This document shows positions 50,311-59,093 of a stretch of 64,000 nt of DNA, in pieces; the stretch's first letter is position 1; each line of letters begins with the position of its first letter. The stretch is taken from positions 20,105 to 84,104 of the forward strand of contig CAYUZS010000004.1 of NCBI GenBank assembly GCA_964448705.1. The letters run 5' to 3'. The notes under the pieces were generated by a model. It ran no database searches, had not been told where the DNA came from, and saw nothing but the letters and a program-made list of their open reading frames with translations. This stretch comes from an uncultured Gammaproteobacteria bacterium (GTDB taxonomy: Bacteria > Patescibacteriota > Microgenomatia > UBA12405). A program made the translations under genes and the position numbers.

Positions 50311-51104
50311 GATTTTAATTTATTTATTAATTCTTCAAAATTACCCATTTCGTGCAATGGTGGATAGAATTTTTCTGAATAACCAACCTTTGCAATTATT
50401 TTATAATTAGACATTTTAAAATCTCCATCTCTTTTTTTTCTTATAAATTCAATTGGATTATTATTTAAATAATCTGATATTTGCTCATTAGTATTAAAAA
50501 ATATCCCTTTTAGGTCAGGGAAATCGACCCAATGAACATAATAGACAGGTCTTTCTAATTCTGCATCTATTTCTATAAGCTGTTTTTTTATTTTTTCTGT
50601 ATCTAGTGTAATAGATCCTTCATAAGGTTCTCTATTTAAAAGTTTCCAAGATAGCATAAATGGAGCATTATGATATTTTAATTCTATATAAGCTTTTATA
50701 TTTCTCGTTTTGTCTAAAACTTGTATATCTGGTAACCTTCTGTTTTTAATATCAGCTCTCATCGCAAATATTTTTTTTGAATTTAGATAATCAATGAAGG
50801 ATTCTTCAAATTGTTTTCCTAATTGAACATCTAGACCTTTTATGGATTTGTTTCGTGGAGTCAAATAAAATTTTCTCGCTCTTTTATATAAATCTTCTAG
50901 GTCTGGAACCTCTTTATACAATTGAGGTGTATTTTTTATTAAAGATCTATCAGCAATATCTTCGTACATTTTTTTATAACATAGCTGATTAATATCTTCG
51001 AATTTTAGTTGATTTTCAAAAACAGGAACATTTTTTAAATATTCGATTTTAATTTTTTCAGTAAACTTAAGTAATTCTCTGTAACTATCTATGCTTTTAT
51101 CCAT
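50307..51104 (-). CDS. Putative PD-(D/E)xK restriction endonuclease
   Basis: G.QFE...LPDIQV...YIELK; ATGA overlap with the TGT-like gene; adjacent to the MTases. Confidence 0.7.
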   Translation of the reverse strand: MDKSIDSYRELLKFTEKIKIEYLKNVPVFENQLKFEDINQLCYKKMYEDIADRSLIKNTPQLYKEVPDLEDLYKRARKFYLTPRNKSIKGLDVQLGKQFEESFIDYLNSKKIFAMRADIKNRRLPDIQVLDKTRNIKAYIELKYHNAPFMLSWKLLNREPYEGSITLDTEKIKKQLIEIDAELERPVYYVHWVDFPDLKGIFFNTNEQISDYLNNNPIEFIRKKRDGDFKMSNYKIIAKVGYSEKFYPPLHEMGNFEELINKLKS

Positions 51105-51290
51105 AATACTAACTTCTTTAATTAGAATAAATTAGGCAATTATACCTCTCTTAAGATCAAAAAATGTTTTTTTAAAAGTAAACTATCAATTTATTTATTA
51201 CCTAAGTACGTGAGTTTGGAACAAATCAAAATTAATTTATGGAGTATTACCGCATATATTACATGAAAAGATACGGAAAAAATGAAATTT

Positions 51291-51366
51291 AGCGGCGTAC
51301 CATTGATTTATTGTGAGTTCATCGAACTACCCAGTTAGAAACTGTTTTATGACTTTAAACTATAAT
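51291..51366 (+). repeat. Island repeat family B, copy 2
   Basis: agcggcgtaccattgatttattgtgagttcatcgaactacccagttagaa...tataat. Confidence 0.8.
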
Positions 51367-51373
51367 TTACTTA

Positions 51374-51754
51374 ATGAGCATTTCGAAAAAAGTTTTTGAA
51401 TTAGCTAAATCACCAATTGGTGATTTAATTGTTGGTTTAGCTTTTGGAAAATTTAGCAAATTATTGCCTGTCGCCAGAATTAAAGAAACCGACAAAGTTA
51501 TCGCTTTTTGGCACCCCAAACCTTTTTGGGAAAAGCATATTGTCTTAGTTCCAAAAAAAGCTATTAAATCTATAGCTGCTTTAACCAAAGAAGACAGTGA
51601 TTTTATCGGTGAAATTTATTTAATAGCTAAAGAAATTGTTGAAGATTTGGGCTGGGAAAATAATGGCTACACTATTTTAGTCAACGGTGGTGAACGCCAG
51701 GAAATTGGTCAAATCCATTTTCACTTACAGTCAGGAAAACAGCTGAAACAATAG
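51374..51754 (+). CDS. HIT-family protein
   Basis: AFWHPKP...HIVLVPK, NGG..QEI..IHFHL. Confidence 0.85.
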   Translation: MSISKKVFELAKSPIGDLIVGLAFGKFSKLLPVARIKETDKVIAFWHPKPFWEKHIVLVPKKAIKSIAALTKEDSDFIGEIYLIAKEIVEDLGWENNGYTILVNGGERQEIGQIHFHLQSGKQLKQ

Positions 51755-51763
51755 ACAATAATT

Positions 51764-51804
51764 AATTGTCACGACAACGAGCGAAGCAGGCAAGTCTGGA
51801 ACCT
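51764..51804 (+). repeat. Island repeat family A, copy
   Basis: aattgtcacgacaacgagcgaagcaggcaagtctggaacct. Confidence 0.85.
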
Positions 51805-52339
51805 AGTAATTTTTTCCTTTACTACTATGATTTTTTTGACTTTCAAAATACGCTTGGCTAATTGATAAAGCAACTGTCATTTCGTTTGACCTAGGTTTAA
51901 TTTGGTTCCAATCAACCTTTATTACTGGATTAAATCCAGCTAAGTATTTTATTGCCCCAGTTTGGCTTTGGTCATGAGGATTTTCGTAAAAAATCCAAAA
52001 ACCAAAATCTTTCGACAGTTCATCTCCATAATAACCTGATGTAAGGTTTGTTCCACACTCTAAAAATTTATTACCATTCACATTAAGTCTCTTTATTTCA
52101 ATATATATAGTTTCTTTGCCCGGTGAATCGGATTCAATCCTTCCCAATTCTATATACCCTCCATTAGCCAAAGGAATTATCATCGACTTTGTCCCGTCAA
52201 TCTCTCTACCATCATTATCAATTGTTACCGGAAGCAAGGCTCTTTCTTTCCAAATACCACTAGCAACCATATAAGCTCTACTCTGAGTAGATCTTTTGAC
52301 TGGATCAAGATCAACTATATTGGTATTATTTTCTTTCAT
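51803..52339 (-). CDS. Hypothetical protein
   Basis: 178 aa ORF exactly filling the space between two repeats. Confidence 0.55.
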   Translation of the reverse strand: MKENNTNIVDLDPVKRSTQSRAYMVASGIWKERALLPVTIDNDGREIDGTKSMIIPLANGGYIELGRIESDSPGKETIYIEIKRLNVNGNKFLECGTNLTSGYYGDELSKDFGFWIFYENPHDQSQTGAIKYLAGFNPVIKVDWNQIKPRSNEMTVALSISQAYFESQKNHSSKGKNY

Positions 52340-52341
52340 TT

Positions 52342-52371
52342 TGGCGGCGAACCATTGACGCAGTTAGAACC
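52342..52371 (+). repeat. Island repeat family B, short copy
   Basis: tggcggcgaaccattgacgcagttagaacc. Confidence 0.8.
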
Positions 52372-52375
52372 TATC

Positions 52376-52702
52376 TTATTCAACATCAATTAATTTCACA
52401 AAATCAATTTCAGGTTCCTCATATGGGTGAATTGCTTTGATTGTTTCTTTTACTGCTTTAGATCTTTCTTCAGGACAGATCATTTCAATTCTAACTTCTG
52501 GCTCATGAGAAAATTCTCCAACTTTTCCAATAGTCGGATTTGAGCCTTCTTCTGATTTCCAATTACCAATCCCTTTAGTAAAAAAACATGTGTGAGTGTA
52601 ATTTCCCAAAACACCAGCCCCAGCATCTGCAGCCGCATTTATGATTGAAAAAATTATTTTTTCATCATCTGGGCAAAAGACAAAAAGTTTATACACAATC
52701 AA
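52376..52702 (-). CDS. NIF3/YqfO PII-like stand-alone domain protein
   Basis: AGAG..GNY..CF...G.G, NP.IG, HPYEEP. Confidence 0.85.
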   Translation of the reverse strand: MIVYKLFVFCPDDEKIIFSIINAAADAGAGVLGNYTHTCFFTKGIGNWKSEEGSNPTIGKVGEFSHEPEVRIEMICPEERSKAVKETIKAIHPYEEPEIDFVKLIDVE

Positions 52703-52745
52703 TTATAACAACAAAAAACATCAGTAGAATAGGGTAATTATATCT

Positions 52746-52860
52746 TGGCGGAGCAGGTGGGTCTGGAACCTTTCTATCCTTATAACTCTGTTCCCAAACC
52801 TCTGTCTTATTCTACCCCTTCTCTGAAGCTAAATGAGACAAATGAGACAGTATAAAAAAG
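52746..52860 (+). repeat. Island repeat family A with long tail
   Basis: First 25 nt match the tRNA-Ser 3'-end complement at 18/25 without gaps; 32 nt identical to the 58931 copy. Confidence 0.88.
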
Positions 52861-52954
52861 GGAATGGTCGATTTTAACAGGTTCTCGATTTGTAAGCCTA
52901 TAAGATGTATAATTGTTACCGATATTGTGGTAAATCACATGAAATAAAAAAATA

Positions 52955-54085
52955 ATGAGTAATGAAAGACAGTTTACTAGGATCAAACAAGAAACTTGGA
53001 GTATGGCTTCAGGAATACAAACGCGTAGTCAAGTGGTTTCTGAAATTTTTCCTGCAGGAATGGATGCTAAACAAGATCAAAACATAAGATTCTTTAGAAG
53101 TTTAGCAGGCAGCGAAACAGACATATTTCTAAAACTTTTCACTGGAAGCAAATGGCAAGCGGACGCTGAGGTGGTAAACACCAGAGTCTTAACATCCGCA
53201 AAAGTAGAAGGGGTTGTTCCGATACTAGATAGTGAATCAACGGGAAACAATTCGTTAATCATTTACCCATATGTAGAAGGAAAGTCTTTTCATTCAGATG
53301 TCAGGTCTCCATCATATACTTCAAGAGTTATAGAAAGTACGAGTAATGTCTTGAGAAGATCGATAGCTTTGGAAGGTTTTAAAATCTTTAGAATTCCAGA
53401 AACTTTTTTAAAACAATATCCATTTCCAGAGACAGTATTTGCTGAACCTATATTCAAGCAGATTAACCAAGCTTATAGCCCTTTTTGGAAGTTGCGACAA
53501 ACAATCTGTACTCAAAACCCAGGTCTCTCGATGGATAGAACACCTCGAAATGTATTAATAACAAATAGGGGTGAAATCAATCAAATTGATTTCGAGCTGG
53601 TTTATCCCGATTCACCATTATTCGATCTATCAAAACTGCTTAGAAATGGTCCGGAATCTGGAGTGGCGAATGGAATAACAATTTTAGATGCAATAAAGTC
53701 CCCAGAATTAATTTTTGGAAAGTCAAATCCTTTTTCAAAAAGTGAAGAAAGTAAATTAGTTGATCAATTTATCAAAACCACATTACCGGGACAGGATAAA
53801 TCAAAGGCCGTACAAAATTACTGGCAAGTTTCTGCTCATACGCACATTTTTTACATTTCTAAATATTTGAGAAGATATAAAGAAGTTGCCGATATTGATG
53901 TAAAAGAGAATGCTTATAGAAGACTTGTATTTCATTTTGCTGGATTATTTTCCCTTAAAGATAAATTAATGGAACCGTATTTAGGCAACAAAACACCAAA
54001 TGTTGAAACTTTAACAGGAGGAGTCGAGAAAAAAGATGTTATAAGATTATTTGATTTATATAAAACATTAGCCCAACAAATATAA
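52955..54085 (+). CDS. APH/choline-kinase-like phosphotransferase
   Basis: FLKL...E, D.TPRNVL, IDFE, DLSKL. Confidence 0.7.
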   Translation: MSNERQFTRIKQETWSMASGIQTRSQVVSEIFPAGMDAKQDQNIRFFRSLAGSETDIFLKLFTGSKWQADAEVVNTRVLTSAKVEGVVPILDSESTGNNSLIIYPYVEGKSFHSDVRSPSYTSRVIESTSNVLRRSIALEGFKIFRIPETFLKQYPFPETVFAEPIFKQINQAYSPFWKLRQTICTQNPGLSMDRTPRNVLITNRGEINQIDFELVYPDSPLFDLSKLLRNGPESGVANGITILDAIKSPELIFGKSNPFSKSEESKLVDQFIKTTLPGQDKSKAVQNYWQVSAHTHIFYISKYLRRYKEVADIDVKENAYRRLVFHFAGLFSLKDKLMEPYLGNKTPNVETLTGGVEKKDVIRLFDLYKTLAQQI

Positions 54086-54089
54086 TAAT

Positions 54090-55301
54090 ATGAAAAATAA
54101 GTGCGATATTTTTATCGTAATACCCTTCTTTAATGAACAAGCCAGACTTCCAGAAATTTTAGACAGTATCCTTGAATCCGCCAAAGATAAGTTTAAGGTT
54201 CATGTAGTCCTCGTAAATCACCAAAGTACAGACAATTCTGTTGAAATAGCCAAGCGCTATTCAAGTAATTTTTTTAAGTTCCAGATAATTGAGGAGACTA
54301 TTCCTATTCCTTGTGGTGGTCAGCCAAGAAATACCGGATTGAAAGAAGCTATAAAACAAGCAGAAGAGTTTTACGACGATAATTCCATTCCCATTGCTAC
54401 CCTCGACGCCGATGTCATTGTTTCTATAAATTTCATTCCAGAAATTATTGAAAAATTAAATACTGGTTTTGACATAGTTTCTTTTAGTGAAAGATACAAT
54501 CCAAAAGAACTGGTTGATTTTGTTGATAGTCAATTACAAAAGGACCTAAGCATCAGATACTTTATTGGTTTGAATTGGATTAGGTACCAAGTATTATGGG
54601 GATTAATTGATGCTGGTGTAAAAGAAACCCGTGGACCTGGTGGTTACGCCATGAGAGCAAGTACCCTAAAAGATTTAGGTCACAAGCAACCATTTGATGC
54701 TAATGGACAACCTGTCACTGGAGAAAACAATCGTCTTGGAATAATTGCTAACAGAAAAAAGCTAAAAGTATATTGCAGTAATTATTACTCCCAAGTCCAT
54801 CCTCGCCGAGAAATTGTTTCCTGCACTAATATCACTCAAAAAGGTTATTCAAAGAACAAAGACAATGCAGAAGTATTTAAACTCGCCCGGGAAGTTGAAA
54901 GCTATCCGATTCTATCTGAAGAGCAATTAAGCAATTATTTAATAAACGGAATCAAGCGGACTATAAGGATGGTCTTAATAAGAGCCGTCGCCTACGATAA
55001 ATTAGATGATATTAACCACTGGTTTACTCATCCAATTTGGCATCAACTCATTGCTCAATCAAAAGAATTTGTAAAACAAAACCACCCCACTGAAGAGACC
55101 TTGGAGGTCATCGGGAATGGGTTTTATAACGACTTGTTCAGTTCCGTGGTTTCACAAATTGGAGACAGTGAGTTTGAAGGCTTTGTTGATTTCATTATCC
55201 ATAAAATTCCCAATAACCAAGTACTTATTAATTGGATTAAAGACAATTCACTAATAATTGATCCAGATCCAGAATTTATTAACAATGAAAAAAGAAATTG
55301 A
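54090..55301 (+). CDS. Glycosyltransferase family 2
   Basis: IVIPFFNE, STDNS, PRN.G, LDAD. Confidence 0.8.
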   Translation: MKNKCDIFIVIPFFNEQARLPEILDSILESAKDKFKVHVVLVNHQSTDNSVEIAKRYSSNFFKFQIIEETIPIPCGGQPRNTGLKEAIKQAEEFYDDNSIPIATLDADVIVSINFIPEIIEKLNTGFDIVSFSERYNPKELVDFVDSQLQKDLSIRYFIGLNWIRYQVLWGLIDAGVKETRGPGGYAMRASTLKDLGHKQPFDANGQPVTGENNRLGIIANRKKLKVYCSNYYSQVHPRREIVSCTNITQKGYSKNKDNAEVFKLAREVESYPILSEEQLSNYLINGIKRTIRMVLIRAVAYDKLDDINHWFTHPIWHQLIAQSKEFVKQNHPTEETLEVIGNGFYNDLFSSVVSQIGDSEFEGFVDFIIHKIPNNQVLINWIKDNSLIIDPDPEFINNEKRN

Positions 55302-56271
55302 AAAATATATAGTTGATCCCGAAGCTTATTACCGAGATTTATATATAAATCTTGGAATCAGAGACAAGGCTGATCAATTAATTCAGTCACTCGGTTCAAT
55401 GGCAGAACCAATTAGGTATACCCATGATTTGTGGTATTCCAAAACGAAACCTGTTTTACCTGCAATTATGGCTCTAGAAGCTGGGGTTCCTCAAGATAAG
55501 GTCGCCAAAGTAGGTGCAGTAGTTGATGTCTTATGGACTTTGTCTGTAGTTGTTGATGATATTCAAGATAAAGATGAAACTCGAAGATCAAAACCTGCTG
55601 CTTGGCGAGTCTATGGTGCTGATAACACCTACCATTCCGCAGAAGCTGGTTTAGCTGCCACGGTCAAGTATTTATCAAAAGAAATTGGACCATATGCAGG
55701 GCAATCTTGTGTAGACAGTGTCAATCTAGGTATGGCATCAATTAAAAAGCATCAAGCCTTTGACTTGGCTGTCAGACCTAGTACATTGCATCAAAATTAT
55801 TGGGAACGCGACGCCTTTTTTTCATCCCTGCCAATTGAAGTATTGCTACCTGATCCAAAAGACCCTCGAAGAATTGCCTCCCTTGCATGCCTGGAGAATT
55901 ACTATATTGGCGGGCAATTAGGTAATGATATTCAAGATCTTACTAGACCTGAACCTAATGGATTATTACGGCTCAGCGATATCAAAAACGGTTTAGTAAC
56001 CATACCGATACAAAAGCTATGGAGTCAACTAGATGAGAGCGAAAAACAAACTTTTGAGAAAGTCTTTGGTCGAAAGGAGCTTGATGATTCTGGATATAGA
56101 GCAATTAAGTTAATGGTTGAAAAGTATAATCTAGCAGAACAAATTGTTATGGATATATCTGAAAGTTATAATAAAGCCATAAATCAGGCTGCTGGGGCAA
56201 TGAATCCTGATGATCAGCAAGTGTTCAAGTCACTTTGTGAAAGCCAAAAAGCAAAGTTCTTAGCAAGATAA
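55285..56271 (+). CDS. Trans-polyprenyl synthetase-family protein
   Basis: DDIQD....RR.KP (first Asp-rich motif), QLGNDIQD (second), DIKNG.VTIP. Confidence 0.85.
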   Translation: MKKEIEKYIVDPEAYYRDLYINLGIRDKADQLIQSLGSMAEPIRYTHDLWYSKTKPVLPAIMALEAGVPQDKVAKVGAVVDVLWTLSVVVDDIQDKDETRRSKPAAWRVYGADNTYHSAEAGLAATVKYLSKEIGPYAGQSCVDSVNLGMASIKKHQAFDLAVRPSTLHQNYWERDAFFSSLPIEVLLPDPKDPRRIASLACLENYYIGGQLGNDIQDLTRPEPNGLLRLSDIKNGLVTIPIQKLWSQLDESEKQTFEKVFGRKELDDSGYRAIKLMVEKYNLAEQIVMDISESYNKAINQAAGAMNPDDQQVFKSLCESQKAKFLAR

Positions 56272-57147
56272 CTAAAGCCAAATTTCATGGATTCCTTCAA
56301 GTTTCCCCAATCTTCCATGGGAAACTGAAGCTTTTGATCTAACATATCCGGTTTGGGTACCATCGGGGAGCAACGCAAGTTTCTTCTCACTCAAAATTCC
56401 AGTCAGATGTACTGATGAATCAATATCTAAGTTAGTCAAGTCAAATCTAGTTGGAAATGTTGTTCCCATCTTCTCTGATCTAGAAAACTCAGAAGTGGCA
56501 AATCGTCTTACATGATCAGCCTTGATTAATCTATCTTTCTCCCATAATAGAATATGCGATTCTGTTTGTGAAAAACCATATACCATTGTCAATTCTTCGC
56601 TAAACAATCTTCCAAATTGCCAACCTCTTAAAAAGTAGGGTAATATCTCTCGATTATTCATTTTGTCCGCAGGATCTTCATAGATAAACCAATTATGATC
56701 ATGATATCCTCTCCCAGAAAAATCCAAACTAACTCCGTCTTTTATAAGTTGCCCGCTAACTCGTGCACGGGGAATCTCTATTTGCCACCTCATGTTACCT
56801 TGGTTAATTGTAACCAGTTGAGGTTTGATTTCCGGGGTAAATTGTAGCTGACAGTTTACGTCGGAAGTGTTCAATCTCAAGTTTACTCCTGATGTATCAG
56901 CCCTTAATTCCTGACCAGAAATTACAATATTTCCTTCTTTTAGGTCAGCCACACCCTGTTGGTGAATTGACGACTCTACTCCATCGGGTGAGTTAATATA
57001 AGTTGAAACTGTTGAAGGATTTATGCCAATTCTTGGGTAAAATATACTTATTATCTTCCATCCATTCTGATCTTGAGCATCCACATATTTCCACTCTGTG
57101 TGAGCAATTGGGTGAAGGGAGGAATCTTTGTTAATCTCGTAATTCAT
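56272..57147 (-). CDS. CrtC/AttH-like protein (carotenoid 1,2-hydratase fold)
   Basis: EWKYVD, W....PRA.V.G, GRGYHDHNW, W.FGR. Confidence 0.7.
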   Translation of the reverse strand: MNYEINKDSSLHPIAHTEWKYVDAQDQNGWKIISIFYPRIGINPSTVSTYINSPDGVESSIHQQGVADLKEGNIVISGQELRADTSGVNLRLNTSDVNCQLQFTPEIKPQLVTINQGNMRWQIEIPRARVSGQLIKDGVSLDFSGRGYHDHNWFIYEDPADKMNNREILPYFLRGWQFGRLFSEELTMVYGFSQTESHILLWEKDRLIKADHVRRFATSEFSRSEKMGTTFPTRFDLTNLDIDSSVHLTGILSEKKLALLPDGTQTGYVRSKASVSHGRLGKLEGIHEIWL

Positions 57148-57201
57148 AGGTGTTTATAAATTGTGTGCAATTATACGATATTTCGCGCTATAATTCATAC
57201 T

Positions 57202-57891
57202 ATGAACTCATTTCAAGAATTTAACCGATTGTGGACTCAAAAGAAGGTCAAAACTCCACTTTTTATCTTTATCGGTGGTTATTGCGGGACAGGGAAATCA
57301 ACTTTAGCCAAGGCTCTTCAGGAAAAAATTGTTGAATCTACTATTGTTCCTACTGGAATTGTCCGTGCTACTTGTAAACCATTTTTGAAAAATATGGGAG
57401 AGATTTACGGATGCCACACCTATCGACTAGGGCAATTCAGTCAAAACGATATTGAATTATTTGCAAATTATAAAAAGCAGTCATCAATATTAAATGAGCC
57501 TATTAAAGAATTATGTAATTTTGCCACTTCAGAAATGCAAAACTTAATTATTGACGGTAACCACATTTTTCCTGAGTTGGTAAATTCTATCGAAACAAGT
57601 CTGAAAATTGATGTTTATATGAAAACTTCTGATGAACTACAGTTAATAAAAAACATGACCGACATTACCCATCCTCGTATTATGAATGAAGTCGAGATGG
57701 AAACAGCAAAGAAATTGCACCAAATGACAGCGACAGAAATTAGTCAATCAAAAACAATGTTTGAATATAACCAATCTAGTCTGGCAGTTGAATATGTTGA
57801 AAAAGAGTTAGGTGTTTTACTCGAAAATATCGTGGGTGTCAGAACCACCAGTAGAATAGGTGTTTCTGCTACTTCGTCTCTGGTTTTCTAA
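57202..57891 (+). CDS. 2-phosphoglycerate-kinase-like P-loop kinase
   Basis: IGG..GTGKSTLA..L, T.IVR, IIDGNH..P. Confidence 0.7.
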   Translation: MNSFQEFNRLWTQKKVKTPLFIFIGGYCGTGKSTLAKALQEKIVESTIVPTGIVRATCKPFLKNMGEIYGCHTYRLGQFSQNDIELFANYKKQSSILNEPIKELCNFATSEMQNLIIDGNHIFPELVNSIETSLKIDVYMKTSDELQLIKNMTDITHPRIMNEVEMETAKKLHQMTATEISQSKTMFEYNQSSLAVEYVEKELGVLLENIVGVRTTSRIGVSATSSLVF

Positions 57892-58827
57892 TAAAACCTT
57901 TTTAGTTAATTGATTGTATTCAAGCTTCGGTTTTTTATATCTCCGGTAATCACCTTCAGCACCATCCAATCCTTTTTCCAGATAGCTGTTTAAAAAGTCA
58001 ATAAAGTTAGCCTCATTTATTTGGTTTTCTTCAAACCTGTCTTCAAAAGTTTTACCAGGGTGAGCCATTATTTTTACGAAGGGAAGCTCGATTACTTTCT
58101 TAACTATCTCCTCATTGATTGGCAAGGTGTCAAGAGGCCATGGTACAACCTTGTCAAAAATATATCCAAGCGCGTATTTGGGAGCTTGTTCAAGAGGAAT
58201 ACTAAACTTAGTTGCAAAAGCTTCGAGATTTATTAGGTTAAAAGGTGCCAACAACATACCCAAATGCGGTTTGCTAACATAATCTCTTCTTATTTCGAGA
58301 ATTTTTCCAGTTCTTAGGTCAACTCGTGAAGCGTTTTCAAGAGTTATATATTTTAGGATTTTGTCTTTCTCATCCTCGGTCTTATTCTTCCAATTCATCC
58401 ATTCTATCTGGTCACTTTTCTGCAAAAACTCAATAATCTTATTGATTGAGTCAGATACATAACCACTTCTAGTCTTGTTTAATTCGTTTACTAAAGTGCT
58501 AATTTTCTCTCGGTATTCTTCACTAATACTATTTTCGACGTTGTCGTACACCAGAACATCAAGACCACCGCCACATTCAATTTCAACTCCCGGTATTAAT
58601 GAAATGCCACTTTGTATCGCCAACTGGAAGTTTTCTTCTGTATAAGCAGCAATAGAATTATGATCAGTAATCGAAACCAACTTAAGTCCTTTAACTACTG
58701 CGGAATTTATTAAATCAGTAGGAGTATTCTTTCCGTCCGAAAAAATGGTATGGCTTTGAAGATCAAAGTCACTAGAATTTACTTCTTCGGGAGCGTTTAT
58801 AAGAAACTTATTCAGTACGTTAGTCAT
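57817..58827 (-). CDS. PHP-domain phosphoesterase
   Basis: DL.SHT.FSDG, ITDHN, PGVEI, AHP, TGGSD.H. Confidence 0.9.
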   Translation of the reverse strand: MTNVLNKFLINAPEEVNSSDFDLQSHTIFSDGKNTPTDLINSAVVKGLKLVSITDHNSIAAYTEENFQLAIQSGISLIPGVEIECGGGLDVLVYDNVENSISEEYREKISTLVNELNKTRSGYVSDSINKIIEFLQKSDQIEWMNWKNKTEDEKDKILKYITLENASRVDLRTGKILEIRRDYVSKPHLGMLLAPFNLINLEAFATKFSIPLEQAPKYALGYIFDKVVPWPLDTLPINEEIVKKVIELPFVKIMAHPGKTFEDRFEENQINEANFIDFLNSYLEKGLDGAEGDYRRYKKPKLEYNQLTKKVLLENQRRSSRNTYSTGGSDTHDIFE

Positions 58828-58930
58828 GGCTATATGTTATCACCCTAAAGAATCTTTCAAAATATCCAGACATGAAAAAAGATGAATTGCATTTCGGTAA
58901 AAAGTTTTTCTACGGATTCCTTCGGATTCA

Positions 58931-59030
58931 GCGGAGCAGGTGGGTCTGGAACCTTTCTATCCCTATAACCCTATGTCTTATCCTACCCCTTCTTTGAAGC
59001 TAAATGAGACAAATAAGACACTATAAAAAG
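58931..59030 (+). repeat. Island repeat family A with long tail
   Basis: gcggagcaggtgggtctggaacctttctatcc...gaagctaaatgagacaaataagacactataaaaag. Confidence 0.88.
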
Positions 59031-59093
59031 ATACGTGGTAAAACAATGATATGGTTTGACACTCAAATTTAATATAGACAACAGTTGGAATAT

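Noticed and set aside
52746-52770. Additional tRNA genes at family A repeats
   Set aside because: Only the ~25-nt acceptor/T-arm side is similar; no cloverleaf can be folded
52955-58827. Carotenoid gene cluster
   Set aside because: No phytoene synthase or desaturase in the window
43000-59030. CRISPR array interpretation of the island repeats
   Set aside because: The repeats are separated by whole genes at irregular distances and no cas genes are present
43000-59030. Classical integron attC sites
   Set aside because: No RYYYAAC...GTTRRRY palindromes or tyrosine integrase seen, and gene orientations are mixed
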